Assembly: GCA_902526005.1 (NCBI GenBank)
Contig: CABZIW010000005.1
Span: forward strand, 13,255 to 77,254
Source of the DNA: an uncultured Pelagibacteraceae bacterium
GTDB lineage: Bacteria > Pseudomonadota > Alphaproteobacteria > Pelagibacterales > AG-422-B15
Reading direction: 5' to 3'
Length of the DNA: 64,000 nucleotides
The notes below the pieces were generated by a model. It was not told where the DNA came from, searched no databases, and was given only the letters and a program-made list of their open reading frames with translations. Of this stretch, positions 9,637 to 20,652 are shown piece after piece (position 1 is the stretch's first letter; each line of letters begins with the position of its first letter). The position numbers were made by a program, and so were the translations under genes.

Positions 9637-11730
9637 CTAATTAATTAATGGACCAAAAACTTTACTTTTCCCATAGTTTCTAGTTGATCCAAAAGGCTTT
9701 AATACCACAGTAAAGCTATAACCATCACTCTCTTTTATATCTCTATCAATTGTCAAATCTCTATAATAATTTAGATCAATACCAAGACAATTATCTTCAT
9801 AAAGAATTCCGTATTGATAACCGATATTCTTGTTTGTATCTACATCTTTAGTGCCGGTGAATTTAAGAAAAAAATTATTTTTAAAATTATACTCTCCGCC
9901 AATAGCAATTTGTTCATTTATTGTAGAATATTTTCCAGATGAATAATCATAGTCTATCTTAAACTTAAGATCGTATATTTCGGAATATGTATTCATACTT
10001 ATTGATTTTACGTCAATATCATTTCTATCTACGACTATTGTATTATTAATATAATTGTTGTTTACAGAAGCATCAGAAGAAAAGTAATAATCAGAGAGCT
10101 CTTCTGTTGTATCTGAATTATTTTTATTTAGCCTAAAACTCTGACCAAATGTTAATTTTAGGCTTTTATCTGAATTATTATCTAAAAACCATTCAATGCC
10201 ATAATTTATCCTTGGACCACTTTCCCATTCTTTGATTGATATAGCTCGGTTAGTTGAAAAAATATTACTATTCGAAATTGTTTGAGCATCAGTATAATTA
10301 TTATACGGTGATATAATTGGCATAACAATTGGAGTTAACGTTTGATTGAAATGTTTAGCCGACTTTAATAATGGTAAACTAATAGTACTGCTTATTTGAG
10401 GGTAAAATCTAATATTATCAGTATCTTTAGTTGTTTTACTATCCACTGAAATTGAAACAACTCTTAGATTAGCTTTATTCTCAAAGACTAGGCCGTTTTC
10501 TTTTTCAATAATATTTTTGCTCCAGTTAATTTGAGATGCTGCAAGAGATGTATAATTATTATTCAAATCTTTATTAAAATCAAATTGATTATTTATTGAG
10601 AGTTTTCCATTAAGTATTTTATCTTCTACATTATCAATATTATATATTACCCTTGGATATACATACTCCCATTGTTCACCATCCTGTATCGCTAAATGTT
10701 TATAGCTAATTGTATCTAATGATAAGAAACGATTTTCACTAGACATTTCAAAACTTAGACCTGACCTTAAAACAGTTAGTTTGTTTATTTTATTTTTTCT
10801 CATATAAGTATCATTATTACTAGTTTGTAAAAATACATCTAGTGAGCCGTATGGATTAGTTAAATTTCCGTCAAAAAATAGGTGATTACTTGTACCACTA
10901 TTATCATCATTATCATCTATACTTGTATCAATATTAAATAAGCCTTTATCATTGAGTTGCCTGTAATTAAGTGAATAAACATTATTACTTTCAGAATGAA
11001 TAGTTGGTGTGAATGTTAGGTCTAAATTGCTTTTAATGTTGTAAAATATTGGTACAGAAAACACATCCCCCAAATTCTGGTCAGTTTCAACAGTTGGCAT
11101 TAAAAATCCAGACCTTTTATTAACAGAGGGGTCCGGGTGTGAAAAGTAGGGCAAATAAAATACAGGGATATTAAATAAGTGTATTCGTGCATGATCATAA
11201 TGGATTGTTTTAGTTTTATTATCTTGAAATATTTTGTTTGCTTTTAATTTCCATCCAGGGCAGTCTTCAATTAAATAATCATTTTCTAAACAAGGGGTAT
11301 ACTCAGCATCTTTAAGACTAGTAATTTGATCTCTTTTTATTAGTCTTGAACCAACTATTCTTGAATCATCATCTAGTCTAGCTCTTATATTAGTTCCTTT
11401 TAAATTTTTTATTTCATTATCTGTTTCAAGTTTTTCAAAAAAATAAGTACTACCATCACTATCGTTTAATATTACATTTCCATCAGCTTTAATAAGAGAT
11501 TGCTTTTCGTCATAAAGCATCGAGTCAGATTTCATCTTTAAACCTTTTTCATCCCGGGCAACAGCATTTCCTGTTGCTTTTATAATTTGGCCCTCTTGCT
11601 CGATCTGCATTTCATCTGCTGTAATCCTTATCTTTTGATCAGCAGAAATTTTATTTGTAGTAACAATTGTTAACGCGATAAATGACAAAAAGATAATATA
11701 GAAATATTTTAATTTAAGTAGTTCAGTCAT
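9637..11730 (-). CDS. lptD: LPS-assembly outer-membrane protein LptD
   Basis: 697 aa. Signal peptide, an OstA-like N-terminal domain (ITADEMQIEQEGQIIKATGNAVA...ADGNVIL), and a long beta-rich C-terminus. It lies in an lptFG-lptD-surA context. Confidence 0.8.
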   Translation of the reverse strand: MTELLKLKYFYIIFLSFIALTIVTTNKISADQKIRITADEMQIEQEGQIIKATGNAVARDEKGLKMKSDSMLYDEKQSLIKADGNVILNDSDGSTYFFEKLETDNEIKNLKGTNIRARLDDDSRIVGSRLIKRDQITSLKDAEYTPCLENDYLIEDCPGWKLKANKIFQDNKTKTIHYDHARIHLFNIPVFYLPYFSHPDPSVNKRSGFLMPTVETDQNLGDVFSVPIFYNIKSNLDLTFTPTIHSESNNVYSLNYRQLNDKGLFNIDTSIDDNDDNSGTSNHLFFDGNLTNPYGSLDVFLQTSNNDTYMRKNKINKLTVLRSGLSFEMSSENRFLSLDTISYKHLAIQDGEQWEYVYPRVIYNIDNVEDKILNGKLSINNQFDFNKDLNNNYTSLAASQINWSKNIIEKENGLVFENKANLRVVSISVDSKTTKDTDNIRFYPQISSTISLPLLKSAKHFNQTLTPIVMPIISPYNNYTDAQTISNSNIFSTNRAISIKEWESGPRINYGIEWFLDNNSDKSLKLTFGQSFRLNKNNSDTTEELSDYYFSSDASVNNNYINNTIVVDRNDIDVKSISMNTYSEIYDLKFKIDYDYSSGKYSTINEQIAIGGEYNFKNNFFLKFTGTKDVDTNKNIGYQYGILYEDNCLGIDLNYYRDLTIDRDIKESDGYSFTVVLKPFGSTRNYGKSKVFGPLIN

Positions 11731-12832
11731 TTTGAAATATTTTTTTAAGATTATCCTTTTGATATATTAAAATTGCAAAAAATGTAACAATTAAAGGAAG
11801 CGAGGCTTTTGAAATTATTGGATTTAATTGAGATGTTGATCCAAGAGCATCTAGTAAATTAGAAACAAAGTAAATTATGAATATAACAACTAATGAATAA
11901 ATAATTGTTTCAGAAAATCCGTCATTTTGTTTAAGTTTTCTTACAAGCGCTGATGCTAAAAGAGCTAGGGAGGCCATAAAAAAAGGAAGAAAAATTAAGT
12001 CATATAAGTGCATTTTGAAATCAATCGCAGAATAACCCAACCCTTCTAAAAAATTTATAAAGGTTAACAGCCGCCATATTGATATATTGGTTGGTGAAGA
12101 GAGGCTGTCTGTTATGTCTTCAGGTTTTATATTTGTTTGGTATTTTAGAGATTTTTCAAAATAAGCCATTTCAAACCTTGGTGTTATTTGAATATTTTCC
12201 ATCATCCAATATTCATTATTAAGTACCGCAGTTTTACCATCTAACCTCCCTTGAAATGACCCTTTTTCGTCATACTCGAGTATCATAAAATCAATTATGT
12301 GCCTCCCCTGTTCTCTTATTTCACGCGCATATAAAACGCTTGATAGATTCTTTTCTTGATTATCTTGTTTTAACCATAGGCCGTTTTTTGTTATTGAGGC
12401 AAATTTATCAACTCGGTCGATATATCGGTATTCCAATTCACTATATCTTTCGTCAAACAGGGCAGTTAAAGGATTAATGATTGTTATAAAAAAAATTCCT
12501 AGAAAAATATATAAGGTTATTGCAGGTAAAGTTATTTTAACATTAGATATGCCGACAGAATTTATTATTATTTTTTCAGATCCTTTTATTAGTCCAAGAT
12601 AAGCTAAAATTGAGCTAGAGAATACTATCAATGGAAGAGTAAAATATATAAGGCTAAGAAAATTAAGTAATGTAAGTTGAAATATTATACTCAGCGATAC
12701 ATTCTTACCTGTAGATTTTCTGAACTGTTCAACAAAGTCTCCAATAAATAAAATCACTGAAAAAATTAAGAAAGTCAGAATGAAAGAGTAAAAAAACTTT
12801 TTCAGAATATATAAATTTATTTTATTTAGCAT
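11723..12832 (-). CDS. lptG: LPS export ABC permease LptG (YjgP/YjgQ family)
   Basis: 369 aa. Six predicted TM helices with a central periplasmic domain. It is the second of two paralogous permeases and overlaps both lptF and lptD. Confidence 0.75.
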   Translation of the reverse strand: MLNKINLYILKKFFYSFILTFLIFSVILFIGDFVEQFRKSTGKNVSLSIIFQLTLLNFLSLIYFTLPLIVFSSSILAYLGLIKGSEKIIINSVGISNVKITLPAITLYIFLGIFFITIINPLTALFDERYSELEYRYIDRVDKFASITKNGLWLKQDNQEKNLSSVLYAREIREQGRHIIDFMILEYDEKGSFQGRLDGKTAVLNNEYWMMENIQITPRFEMAYFEKSLKYQTNIKPEDITDSLSSPTNISIWRLLTFINFLEGLGYSAIDFKMHLYDLIFLPFFMASLALLASALVRKLKQNDGFSETIIYSLVVIFIIYFVSNLLDALGSTSQLNPIISKASLPLIVTFFAILIYQKDNLKKIFQND

Positions 12833-13940
12833 TTAAAAACCGTTTTAATACAAAATTATCTAAAAAAATTATCAAAATAATTATTGATAAAAAAGAAATA
12901 GGAAGAAAATAAATAATAAAAACTATATTACTTTTATCAATTAGAAGATTTGAAATTGTGATCTGAGTAATTTGTAAAATAAATGCAATTATTGAAACAA
13001 TAGATATTGGTATCAAAAAACTATCACCTGGTTTTTTTGAAAACTTTAAAATGATTAAAGGTATTAATGCGAAGCAAAATATATACAAAGGATTAGCAAT
13101 TCTAGAATGTAGCTGAGCAAATTGTTCTTTTTCATATTTATTTAAATCTTTAATTGACTTTCCATTGAGATTATTAACAATTTGATCTGTATATAATTCA
13201 TCTGGGTAAATGTGTTCGCTTTCTTGTTTATTATATGGCGCTAAATTAAGGTCATAAGTTTGAAACTCTACCTCTGATATTCTTCTTTCATTTCTGTCAA
13301 AGATCTGGATATTCCCTTTAAATAATCTTAGTATTTTTTTATTATCTTCTTCAATAAATTCTCCATTTTCAGCGATATATGTTTGAGGGGTGCTGGGATT
13401 TTTTATGTCATGTATCAGTAAACCAGTAATTTTATTACCAACTCTTTCTTGAAGGAAGATTGTTAAATTGTCTACAGGCGAAATAAACTTTTTTTCTTTC
13501 AGAATTGACGAATGAATGCCTGATGATCTTATATCAATTATTTTGTGCCGTATCTCGTTTAGTGAATATGGAGTAATATATACACTTAAAATTATTGAAA
13601 AAAAATATATTAGAAAAGCAAGTAAGAAAACTGGCTTAAAAAGGCTTTCAAGATCTGATTTTCCCGCAGCCCATAGAACAATCAGTTCGCTATCATTTCT
13701 TAATCTGTTGATATTAAATAAAACTGATAAAAAAAGACAAATTGGAATAGTTATAGTAAGTATTTTTGGCAATAATAGTAATATGTAAGAGATGTATGAA
13801 ACAAAGGATACATTATCGGAAGTTAATAGTTCAATATGCCTTAGTCCTTGACCAAGCCAAAGAATTGAGCTTAAAAGAATTAATAATAATAAAAAACTTG
13901 AAGAGATTTCTCTTATCGCATATGTTGTAAATCTTGACAT
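12822..13940 (-). CDS. lptF: LPS export ABC permease LptF (YjgP/YjgQ family)
   Basis: 372 aa with the same architecture as lptG. It is divergent from pepA, the arrangement known from E. coli (pepA / lptF-lptG). Confidence 0.75.
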   Translation of the reverse strand: MSRFTTYAIREISSSFLLLLILLSSILWLGQGLRHIELLTSDNVSFVSYISYILLLLPKILTITIPICLFLSVLFNINRLRNDSELIVLWAAGKSDLESLFKPVFLLAFLIYFFSIILSVYITPYSLNEIRHKIIDIRSSGIHSSILKEKKFISPVDNLTIFLQERVGNKITGLLIHDIKNPSTPQTYIAENGEFIEEDNKKILRLFKGNIQIFDRNERRISEVEFQTYDLNLAPYNKQESEHIYPDELYTDQIVNNLNGKSIKDLNKYEKEQFAQLHSRIANPLYIFCFALIPLIILKFSKKPGDSFLIPISIVSIIAFILQITQITISNLLIDKSNIVFIIYFLPISFLSIIILIIFLDNFVLKRFLNAK

Positions 13941-13980
13941 TTTCTCAATTATATCAATATTTTGCTAAAGGTATATATGT

Positions 13981-15507
13981 ATGGATATTCAATTTAATAA
14001 TTTAAGACAAGAAAAAGATGCAATAGGGGTAGTTTTTTGTGACAATAAGTGTCGGCTTATAGGTTATGGAAAAAAATTAGATCAATTATCAAAAAAGTAT
14101 ATATCAAACATTATTAAATCAGATATATCATTTCAGGAAAGAAACTCTAAAAACTTTGATTATTCAATAATACATCAACCCGCAAATTTAAAGCTTTCAA
14201 AATTATACGTATTTAAATTAAAAAATTTCAAGGACTATCAAATAAGGGATTTTCAGGTCCTAGGTGGCCATTTAAATTCTCTTATCAAATTCTATAAGGA
14301 AACCAATGTAATAGTATATCCTGATGGTATTTCTTCATCAAAAGTTGGTTCATTAAATGCCATAAGTGAAATTATTCTTGGAATGTCATTAGCTTCATAT
14401 AGCTTCACAAAGTACTTTTCTAAAAAAGATGACAAAAAAAATAAAAATAAAACTAATACTAAAAAGAAAAAAGTAAAAATCTATTCATCTCAGCACACTC
14501 GACTTGCAAAAAATTATGAAAGTATCAGTGCAATACATCAGGGCGTTACTCTAACAAGAAACCTAGTTACTGAACCGCCAAATGTGATGACCCCGCCAAA
14601 AATAGCTGAATATGCAAAATCACTTGGTGAATACGGAGTTGATGTAAAGGTGTTGGGTGAAAAAGAAATGAAGAAGCTTGGTATGGGATCTTTATTGGGT
14701 GTAGGCCAGGGCAGTATACATGAGTCACAGTTGGTTATCATGAAATGGAATGGTGCAAGAAATAAGAAAAAAAAACCAATAGCATTTATCGGAAAGGGTG
14801 TTTCATTTGACACTGGAGGCGTATCATTAAAACCTTCAAATGGTATGGAAGAAATGAAATATGATATGGGTGGCTCAGGAGTTGTTATTGGTCTAATGAA
14901 AGCTCTTGCATTAAGAAGGGCAAAAGCCAATGTAATTGGTGTTGTTGGTTTAGTTGAAAATCATATTGGTAGCAATGCTCAAAGACCAAGTGATGTGGTT
15001 AAGTCTTATTCTGGTCAAACGATAGAGGTACTAAATACAGATGCAGAGGGAAGATTAGTTCTTGCTGATGCATTATGGTATACGCAAGAGCAATATAACC
15101 CAGAGCTTATGGTTGACCTTGCAACATTAACTGGAGCTATAATCGTTGCATTAGGAGATGAATATGCAGGACTCTTTTCTAATAGCGATAAAGTAAGTAA
15201 GCAACTAGCAGAATCTGGAGATATTGAGGGAGAAAAATTATGGAGACTCCCACTTAATGATAGGTATGACAAAATGTTAAATTCACCCATTGCAGATATG
15301 CAAAATATTACAAATGGAAGAGGTCCTGGCTCTATTACAGCAGCACAATTCTTGCAGAGATTTGTAAATAAGGTTCCGTGGGCACACTTGGATATTGCTG
15401 GAACCACATGGACCAAGCAACCATTGCCAACTTCGCCAAAGGGTGCAACAGCTTTTGGTGTTAAGCTTTTAAATAGATTTGTATCTAAATATTATGAGGG
15501 TAAATAG
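13981..15507 (+). CDS. pepA: leucyl aminopeptidase (M17)
   Basis: 508 aa. M17 signature [14 protein letters not shown] and [11 protein letters not shown] Lys-rich insert ([18 protein letters not shown]) sits in the interdomain linker. Confidence 0.95.
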   Translation: MDIQFNNLRQEKDAIGVVFCDNKCRLIGYGKKLDQLSKKYISNIIKSDISFQERNSKNFDYSIIHQPANLKLSKLYVFKLKNFKDYQIRDFQVLGGHLNSLIKFYKETNVIVYPDGISSSKVGSLNAISEIILGMSLASYSFTKYFSKKDDKKNKNKTNTKKKKVKIYSSQHTRLAKNYESISAIHQGVTLTRNLVTEPPNVMTPPKIAEYAKSLGEYGVDVKVLGEKEMKKLGMGSLLGVGQGSIHESQLVIMKWNGARNKKKKPIAFIGKGVSFDTGGVSLKPSNGMEEMKYDMGGSGVVIGLMKALALRRAKANVIGVVGLVENHIGSNAQRPSDVVKSYSGQTIEVLNTDAEGRLVLADALWYTQEQYNPELMVDLATLTGAIIVALGDEYAGLFSNSDKVSKQLAESGDIEGEKLWRLPLNDRYDKMLNSPIADMQNITNGRGPGSITAAQFLQRFVNKVPWAHLDIAGTTWTKQPLPTSPKGATAFGVKLLNRFVSKYYEGK

Positions 15508-15929
15508 TGGCAATTGAGAGAACTTTTTCGATAATAAAACCAGATGCTGTTGAGCGTAATAAAATTGGTGAAATTACAGCAATGCTTGAATCTGCCGGCC
15601 TAAGAATTGTTGCGTCTAAAAGGATTCAATTAGACCAAAATAAAGCAGCCTCTTTTTACGGAGTGCATTCTGACAAACCTTTTTATCAAAGCTTGTGTGA
15701 TTTTATGTGCTCAGGCCCAATAGTGGTACAGGTCCTTGAGGGAGAAAATGCAATTCAAAGGAATAGAGAAGTAATGGGAGCAACTAATCCAGAGGAAGCT
15801 GCTGAGGGAACGATTAGAAAAAAATACGCTTTGTCTTTAGAAAAAAATTCTGTGCATGGATCAGACAGCCCTGAAAATGCTGAAATCGAGATAGATCATT
15901 TTTTTGATGAGGCAGACATTATTTCGTAA
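15507..15929 (+). CDS. ndk: nucleoside diphosphate kinase
   Basis: 140 aa. [12 protein letters not shown] and the active-site His in NSVHGSDS. The GTG start overlaps the pepA stop (TAGTG). Confidence 0.95.
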   Translation: MAIERTFSIIKPDAVERNKIGEITAMLESAGLRIVASKRIQLDQNKAASFYGVHSDKPFYQSLCDFMCSGPIVVQVLEGENAIQRNREVMGATNPEEAAEGTIRKKYALSLEKNSVHGSDSPENAEIEIDHFFDEADIIS

Positions 15930-16491
15930 GTACCAACTTGATGGCTTCGGGATAAATAATATGCTCTTCTTTTAAGACCTTCTTAGAAACTGAGGTTTCT
16001 GTATCCTCTGCACTAATCTCTACTTCTCTCTGTAGAATAATCTTCCCTCCATCCATTTCATGATTTACATAGTGCACTGTACAACCTGACTTAGTTTCAT
16101 TATTTTCTAGAACGCGTTGGTGAGTATTGAGCCCTTTATATTTAGGTAGTAATGAAGGATGTATGTTTATAATTTTATTAGGATAATGACCAATTAATTT
16201 TTTTGATAATATTTTCATATATCCTGCTAAACAAATTAGTTCAAGGTCAAAAGGTTTTAATAGACTGATAATCTTTTCTTCATATTCTTCAGTATTTTTA
16301 AATTTATGGTAGTCTAATGTGATTGCTTCTAAATTATTTTCTTTTGCAAAACTTAAGCCGGGAGCATTCTTATTATTTGAAAAAACAACTTTTACTTCTG
16401 CTGGATACTCTTTCTCTTTACATGCATCTACAATCGATTTTAAATTTGAACCACGTCCAGATATAAAGATTCCTATGGGATGCTTAATCAT
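15919..16491 (-). CDS. purN: phosphoribosylglycinamide formyltransferase
   Basis: 190 aa with SGRGSNL and [13 protein letters not shown] motifs. It overlaps purM. Confidence 0.9.
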   Translation of the reverse strand: MIKHPIGIFISGRGSNLKSIVDACKEKEYPAEVKVVFSNNKNAPGLSFAKENNLEAITLDYHKFKNTEEYEEKIISLLKPFDLELICLAGYMKILSKKLIGHYPNKIINIHPSLLPKYKGLNTHQRVLENNETKSGCTVHYVNHEMDGGKIILQREVEISAEDTETSVSKKVLKEEHIIYPEAIKLVLTK

Positions 16492-17527
16492 TAAAATTTA
16501 ATTTGCCAATATAACTAACTTTTTTATTTGTTTTTTTTGAATTCACTAAATTGCCAATAATACTGTATTTAAGTTTGTGTTTCTTAATTGATTTTTCAAA
16601 TTGATTAAACTTTGTTCTATCTAAGATTACTATCATACCATATCCGCAATTAAATGTTTTTAACATTTCATTTTGCGATACCCCAAAACTTTGTATCCAT
16701 TTAAATATTGTTGGCAAATTAAAGGTTTCTAAATTTATTTTTGCTGAAACATTTTTATTTAATGACCTTGGTAAATTTTCTGTTATTCCTCCACCAGTAA
16801 TATGAGCGCATGTTTTTATTATTTTTTTTGTGTACATTTCAAGTATTGGACTTACGTATATCTCTGTAGGCTTGAGTAATAGTTCACCAATAGTTTTATT
16901 TTTTTCTATCTTCTTATTTAATTTTATTTTGTTGTCTTTGATTATCTTTCTAATAAGAGAATATCCATTAGAGTGAAGACCTGATGATGAAATTCCTACA
17001 ATAATATCATTTTCTTTTAATTTTGGACTTGCTTTGGCAACTCCACTCTTAACTCCTACACAAAATCCAGCAAGATCATACTTATCGTTTGAATCAACTT
17101 CTGGATGTTCAGCTGTTTCTCCACCTAGCAGTAAACAATTAGACATTTTACATCCCTTAATAATACCCCCTATTATTTCTTTACCTTTAGATATGTCTAA
17201 TTTTCCAGTTGAAATATAGTCTAAGAAAAAAAGAGGTTTAGCCTGATCAACTATTAAGTCATTCACGCACATGGCAACTAGGTCAATGCCAATTGTCTTA
17301 TGGTCTCTCATCATACGGGCAATCTCAATTTTTGTTCCAACTCCATCAGTTGCACCAACAAGAATCGGTTTTTTAATTTTTGAATCAAGAACAAATTGAC
17401 CTGAAAAGCCACCAATATTGGATTTTTTAAAGTTTTTATCTTTACGAATTATTTTTTTAATTTCAGATACAAATTTATTTCCTTTATTTATGCTTACGCC
17501 TGAACTTGAGTATGATAGCTTCTTCAT
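16484..17527 (-). CDS. purM: phosphoribosylformylglycinamidine cyclo-ligase (AIR synthetase)
   Basis: 347 aa with ATDGVGTK, DLVAMCVNDL and GGETAE motifs. Confidence 0.9.
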   Translation of the reverse strand: MKKLSYSSSGVSINKGNKFVSEIKKIIRKDKNFKKSNIGGFSGQFVLDSKIKKPILVGATDGVGTKIEIARMMRDHKTIGIDLVAMCVNDLIVDQAKPLFFLDYISTGKLDISKGKEIIGGIIKGCKMSNCLLLGGETAEHPEVDSNDKYDLAGFCVGVKSGVAKASPKLKENDIIVGISSSGLHSNGYSLIRKIIKDNKIKLNKKIEKNKTIGELLLKPTEIYVSPILEMYTKKIIKTCAHITGGGITENLPRSLNKNVSAKINLETFNLPTIFKWIQSFGVSQNEMLKTFNCGYGMIVILDRTKFNQFEKSIKKHKLKYSIIGNLVNSKKTNKKVSYIGKLNFND

Positions 17528-17542
17528 TTAGATTTCTTATAT

Positions 17543-18622
17543 ATGATTTTTAATACCAATACTAAGCAAATAAGCTTTGTGATTGTTTTTTTATTTGCTT
17601 TTATTAATTCCTGTCTTGCTAATGAAAATGTAGATTTTTTTTCATCATCTGGCATAAAGGTAAATTTATCTTTTTCAAATGAGACTGATATTAGAAATAC
17701 CGCTATATCTAAAGCTGAAGAAATTGCCTTTAAAAGAGTATCAGTTAAACTTCTTACGCCAGAGGATTATAAAAAATTAAGCAAATTAAAAGATGTTGAT
17801 ATTTCTTATTTCGTAGAAAGTATTGAGTTTGTTGATGAGAAAATTTCTACAGAAACTTACCTTGGCGAGTTTAATATATATTTTAGTCCGTTCCGTATCA
17901 AAGAATTCTACAAATCGAATTCCTTGACATTTTCTGAAGTAAGTTCTCAAAATATCACAGTTAATGTAGCATTTTCTAATTCTAATCAATTTTTTATTCT
18001 ATTTAATTTATGGAATACCGAATGGAAAAAAATAAAAAATATAGGTAATAAAATAAACTTAGATGTAAAGACCTTTTCACAGACTGAAATGGGCAATACT
18101 GATTTATCTAATTTTTTGGAAAATAAAGACATAGAAGGAAATAATTTAAATTATGAAAATGACATAATATTAATATGGTGTAGCCCTACTTATGAAAAAT
18201 TAAATGAGCTTAGATTTGATTTAATTATAAAGTTTAATTTGAATCAAAAAGAAAAGATAATTAGAAAGAGTTATTTGACTGATTATTCTTTATTTAGGGA
18301 TGATATTTTTTCACCATTAATTGAGGATATAAAAAATGAACTTTTACTTACATGGATTGATCTAACAAAACAATCTGATGAGGTTTACAGATTTAAGTTT
18401 GTATACGATATCGAAAACATTTCTGATTGGGTTGAGTTACAAAATCGACTGCAATCAGTAAAGCTTTTGGAACAATATAAGCCATCTTTATTTACTACGG
18501 ATAAGGTTGAGGGGTACGTGGATTTTTTAGGAAATGGAGATAAGTTTGTTCTGCTGCTCTCTCAAAATAAAATTAATGCAGTAAATCTTGGACCATATTA
18601 TAGAATTTCTTTAGATGATTAA
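17543..18622 (+). CDS. secreted hypothetical protein (possibly DUF2066-type)
   Basis: 359 aa with a signal peptide (FLFAFINSCLANE). It sits divergent from purM and upstream of the CDP-alcohol transferase and hdaA. I recall a DUF2066 protein at this position in other alphaproteobacteria. The family call is unverified. Confidence 0.45.
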   Translation: MIFNTNTKQISFVIVFLFAFINSCLANENVDFFSSSGIKVNLSFSNETDIRNTAISKAEEIAFKRVSVKLLTPEDYKKLSKLKDVDISYFVESIEFVDEKISTETYLGEFNIYFSPFRIKEFYKSNSLTFSEVSSQNITVNVAFSNSNQFFILFNLWNTEWKKIKNIGNKINLDVKTFSQTEMGNTDLSNFLENKDIEGNNLNYENDIILIWCSPTYEKLNELRFDLIIKFNLNQKEKIIRKSYLTDYSLFRDDIFSPLIEDIKNELLLTWIDLTKQSDEVYRFKFVYDIENISDWVELQNRLQSVKLLEQYKPSLFTTDKVEGYVDFLGNGDKFVLLLSQNKINAVNLGPYYRISLDD

Positions 18623-19160
18623 AAATTTACCAAATTTTATATCAATTTACCGTTTGGTTACCATTCCATTTGTTGCGTGGTTTCTTTTGGAGGAATTATA
18701 TATTTACGCGGCTTTATTTACTATTTTAATTGCTGTAAGTGATTTTTTAGATGGATTTATCGCAAGATATTTTAAAGTCCAAAGTGAACTAGGTTCATAT
18801 TTAGATGCAATTGCTGATAAAGCATTCGTAATTTCGATTTTTATACTCATTGGAAATCTCAAACTGTTACCTTTATTCATAATCATAATAATAATTTCAA
18901 GAGATATAATTATATTGGGGTCGTTTGCAGTCACTTTTTTGGTTGGTAAAAAAATTGAGGTTAAACCAACTAAAATTAGTAAATTAAATACATTCTTTCA
19001 ATTTTGTCTTGTTATTACGACCATGCTTAGCAATATCAACGGATATGAGAAACATTTCACTGCATTAATGTTAAACGAAGTATTAATTACTGTTGTATTG
19101 GTATGTACTCTATTATCTTTAATAAATTATATAAGTTACTGGTTTAAAAACATAAACTAA
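18615..19160 (+). CDS. CDP-alcohol phosphatidyltransferase family protein (PgsA-like)
   Basis: 181 aa multi-TM protein. Signature D-G-x2-A-R-x8-G-x3-D-x3-D seen as DFLDGFIARYFKVQSELGSYLDAIADK. Confidence 0.85.
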   Translation: MIKNLPNFISIYRLVTIPFVAWFLLEELYIYAALFTILIAVSDFLDGFIARYFKVQSELGSYLDAIADKAFVISIFILIGNLKLLPLFIIIIIISRDIIILGSFAVTFLVGKKIEVKPTKISKLNTFFQFCLVITTMLSNINGYEKHFTALMLNEVLITVVLVCTLLSLINYISYWFKNIN

Positions 19161-19808
19161 ATGGAAAAAGGACAATTAATCTTTAATTTAAAAAATATAG
19201 AAACTTATGATCCTGAGGATTTTTATATTAGTAAAAGTAATTTTAATGTTTCAACTTTACTAAAATCTCCACAGGACTGGTTTAATAGATCAGCTGTAAT
19301 ATTTGGGCAAAAAAAATCAGGTAAAACACATCTTTTAAATATATGGTCAAGCTATAACGATGCTAATTTAATTAATTGCCTTGATGTGCAAAGCTGGAAT
19401 GATATTTCGTTTAATACTAATATAGCAATTGATGATTTTCATAATTTAAAAGATGAAGAGGGTTTTTTTCATTTTTATAATAGCTTAATTTTAGAAAAGA
19501 AAACAATTTTAGTAACGGTTGATATAAATTCAAATTTTGAAATCAAACTAAAAGACTTAAAGTCAAGGTTTAAATCCTTTACTTCATCTAAAATCGAAAA
19601 TCCAGAAGATGATCTCTTAAAGGCCATAATCATGAAATATTTTAGTAATGCCCAAGTTCAAGTAGACAAGAATGTAATTGAATATTTATTAAAGCGGGTA
19701 GATCGTGATTATCAAAAATTATATAATATTCTTGAAAAAATTAATATTCTATCTTTGCAAAGAAAATCAAAAATAACAACACATCTCATCCGAGATATAA
19801 TGACTTAA
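19161..19808 (+). CDS. hdaA: DnaA-related AAA+ protein (HdaA-like regulatory inactivator of DnaA)
   Basis: 215 aa. Walker A GQKKSGKTHLLNIW, Walker B-like IAIDDFH, then LKDLKSRFKS and PEDDLL, as in Hda/HdaA. Confidence 0.7.
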   Translation: MEKGQLIFNLKNIETYDPEDFYISKSNFNVSTLLKSPQDWFNRSAVIFGQKKSGKTHLLNIWSSYNDANLINCLDVQSWNDISFNTNIAIDDFHNLKDEEGFFHFYNSLILEKKTILVTVDINSNFEIKLKDLKSRFKSFTSSKIENPEDDLLKAIIMKYFSNAQVQVDKNVIEYLLKRVDRDYQKLYNILEKINILSLQRKSKITTHLIRDIMT

Positions 19809-20619
19809 CATAACTCTCAAAAACTTCTAAATGTTGATCATTTTTATTTTTACCTTTTTTTAATTCTCCCAGTCTATTTTTACTTGCTCTTATAAGATTT
19901 TTATCGGAAACAATCCAATTACGAGGAAGGTCTTCTTTTTGGGCATAATTTTCTCTCCATTCTGAAAATTTTTTAATTAGTTTTTTTTCATCTTTTGAAA
20001 AGTTTTTGATTTTTATTCTTTTGTAGGATTTTTTTGTGTTGTAGACATCTTTGGTATCTAAATGGTCTTCAATTATTTTTTTTATTCTTTTCACGAGATT
20101 TCTTTTTTTAATTTTTTTTAATAAGTTTTCATAAACTTTAGGCAAATAATACACATCGTTAATTGCATAATTAATTTGCTCGGTTGATAAAGGTCTCTTA
20201 GTCCAATCAGAAACTTGATGTTTTTTTGAAAGTTTTATTTTGAATAGTTTTTCTACTAAACTAGTATATCCAATTGTTTGTCCTCCATAAATTGAATTAT
20301 AAGCAATTTGAGTATCAAAAACATTCAAAACGCTGGTTTCAAAAGCATAATTTAATACCTCGACATCTTGTCTAGCAGAGTGGATAACTTTCAATATCTT
20401 TTTTGATGTGAGTATTCTTCTAAAATTTTCGAAGTTCATTTTTTCCCCTGATAACATATCAATTAAGAATTCTTTTCTTTGAGTTTTAATTTGAATAGTG
20501 CATAAAATCGGCCAATATGTATTATCTCTTTTAAATTCTGTATCTAGGAAGATAATTTTATACTTATTCAATAATTTACATAGCTTCTCGAGGGATTTAT
20601 TATCTTGGACTATTTTCAT
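19786..20619 (-). CDS. rnd: ribonuclease D (short form)
   Basis: 277 aa. DEDD 3'-5' exonuclease motifs FLDTEF, HSARQDVEVL and YAINDVYYL, followed by an HRDC-like tail. Confidence 0.8.
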   Translation of the reverse strand: MKIVQDNKSLEKLCKLLNKYKIIFLDTEFKRDNTYWPILCTIQIKTQRKEFLIDMLSGEKMNFENFRRILTSKKILKVIHSARQDVEVLNYAFETSVLNVFDTQIAYNSIYGGQTIGYTSLVEKLFKIKLSKKHQVSDWTKRPLSTEQINYAINDVYYLPKVYENLLKKIKKRNLVKRIKKIIEDHLDTKDVYNTKKSYKRIKIKNFSKDEKKLIKKFSEWRENYAQKEDLPRNWIVSDKNLIRASKNRLGELKKGKNKNDQHLEVFESYVKSLYLG

Positions 20620-20652
20620 AAATCAAACTATATATGATCCTTAATTAAAAGT

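Noticed and set aside
14400-14480. A-rich low-complexity stretch that looked like a possible repeat or slippery region.
   Set aside because: It is in frame within pepA and encodes a Lys-rich linker ([18 protein letters not shown]). There is no frame disruption, so I read it as a lineage-specific linker insertion rather than a separate element.
14538-15416. Two - strand ORFs of 130 and 133 aa antisense to pepA.
   Set aside because: Both lie inside the best-conserved, locally GC-richer catalytic half of pepA. They have Pro/Ser/Phe-rich shadow-frame composition and no start context. I treat them as artefacts.
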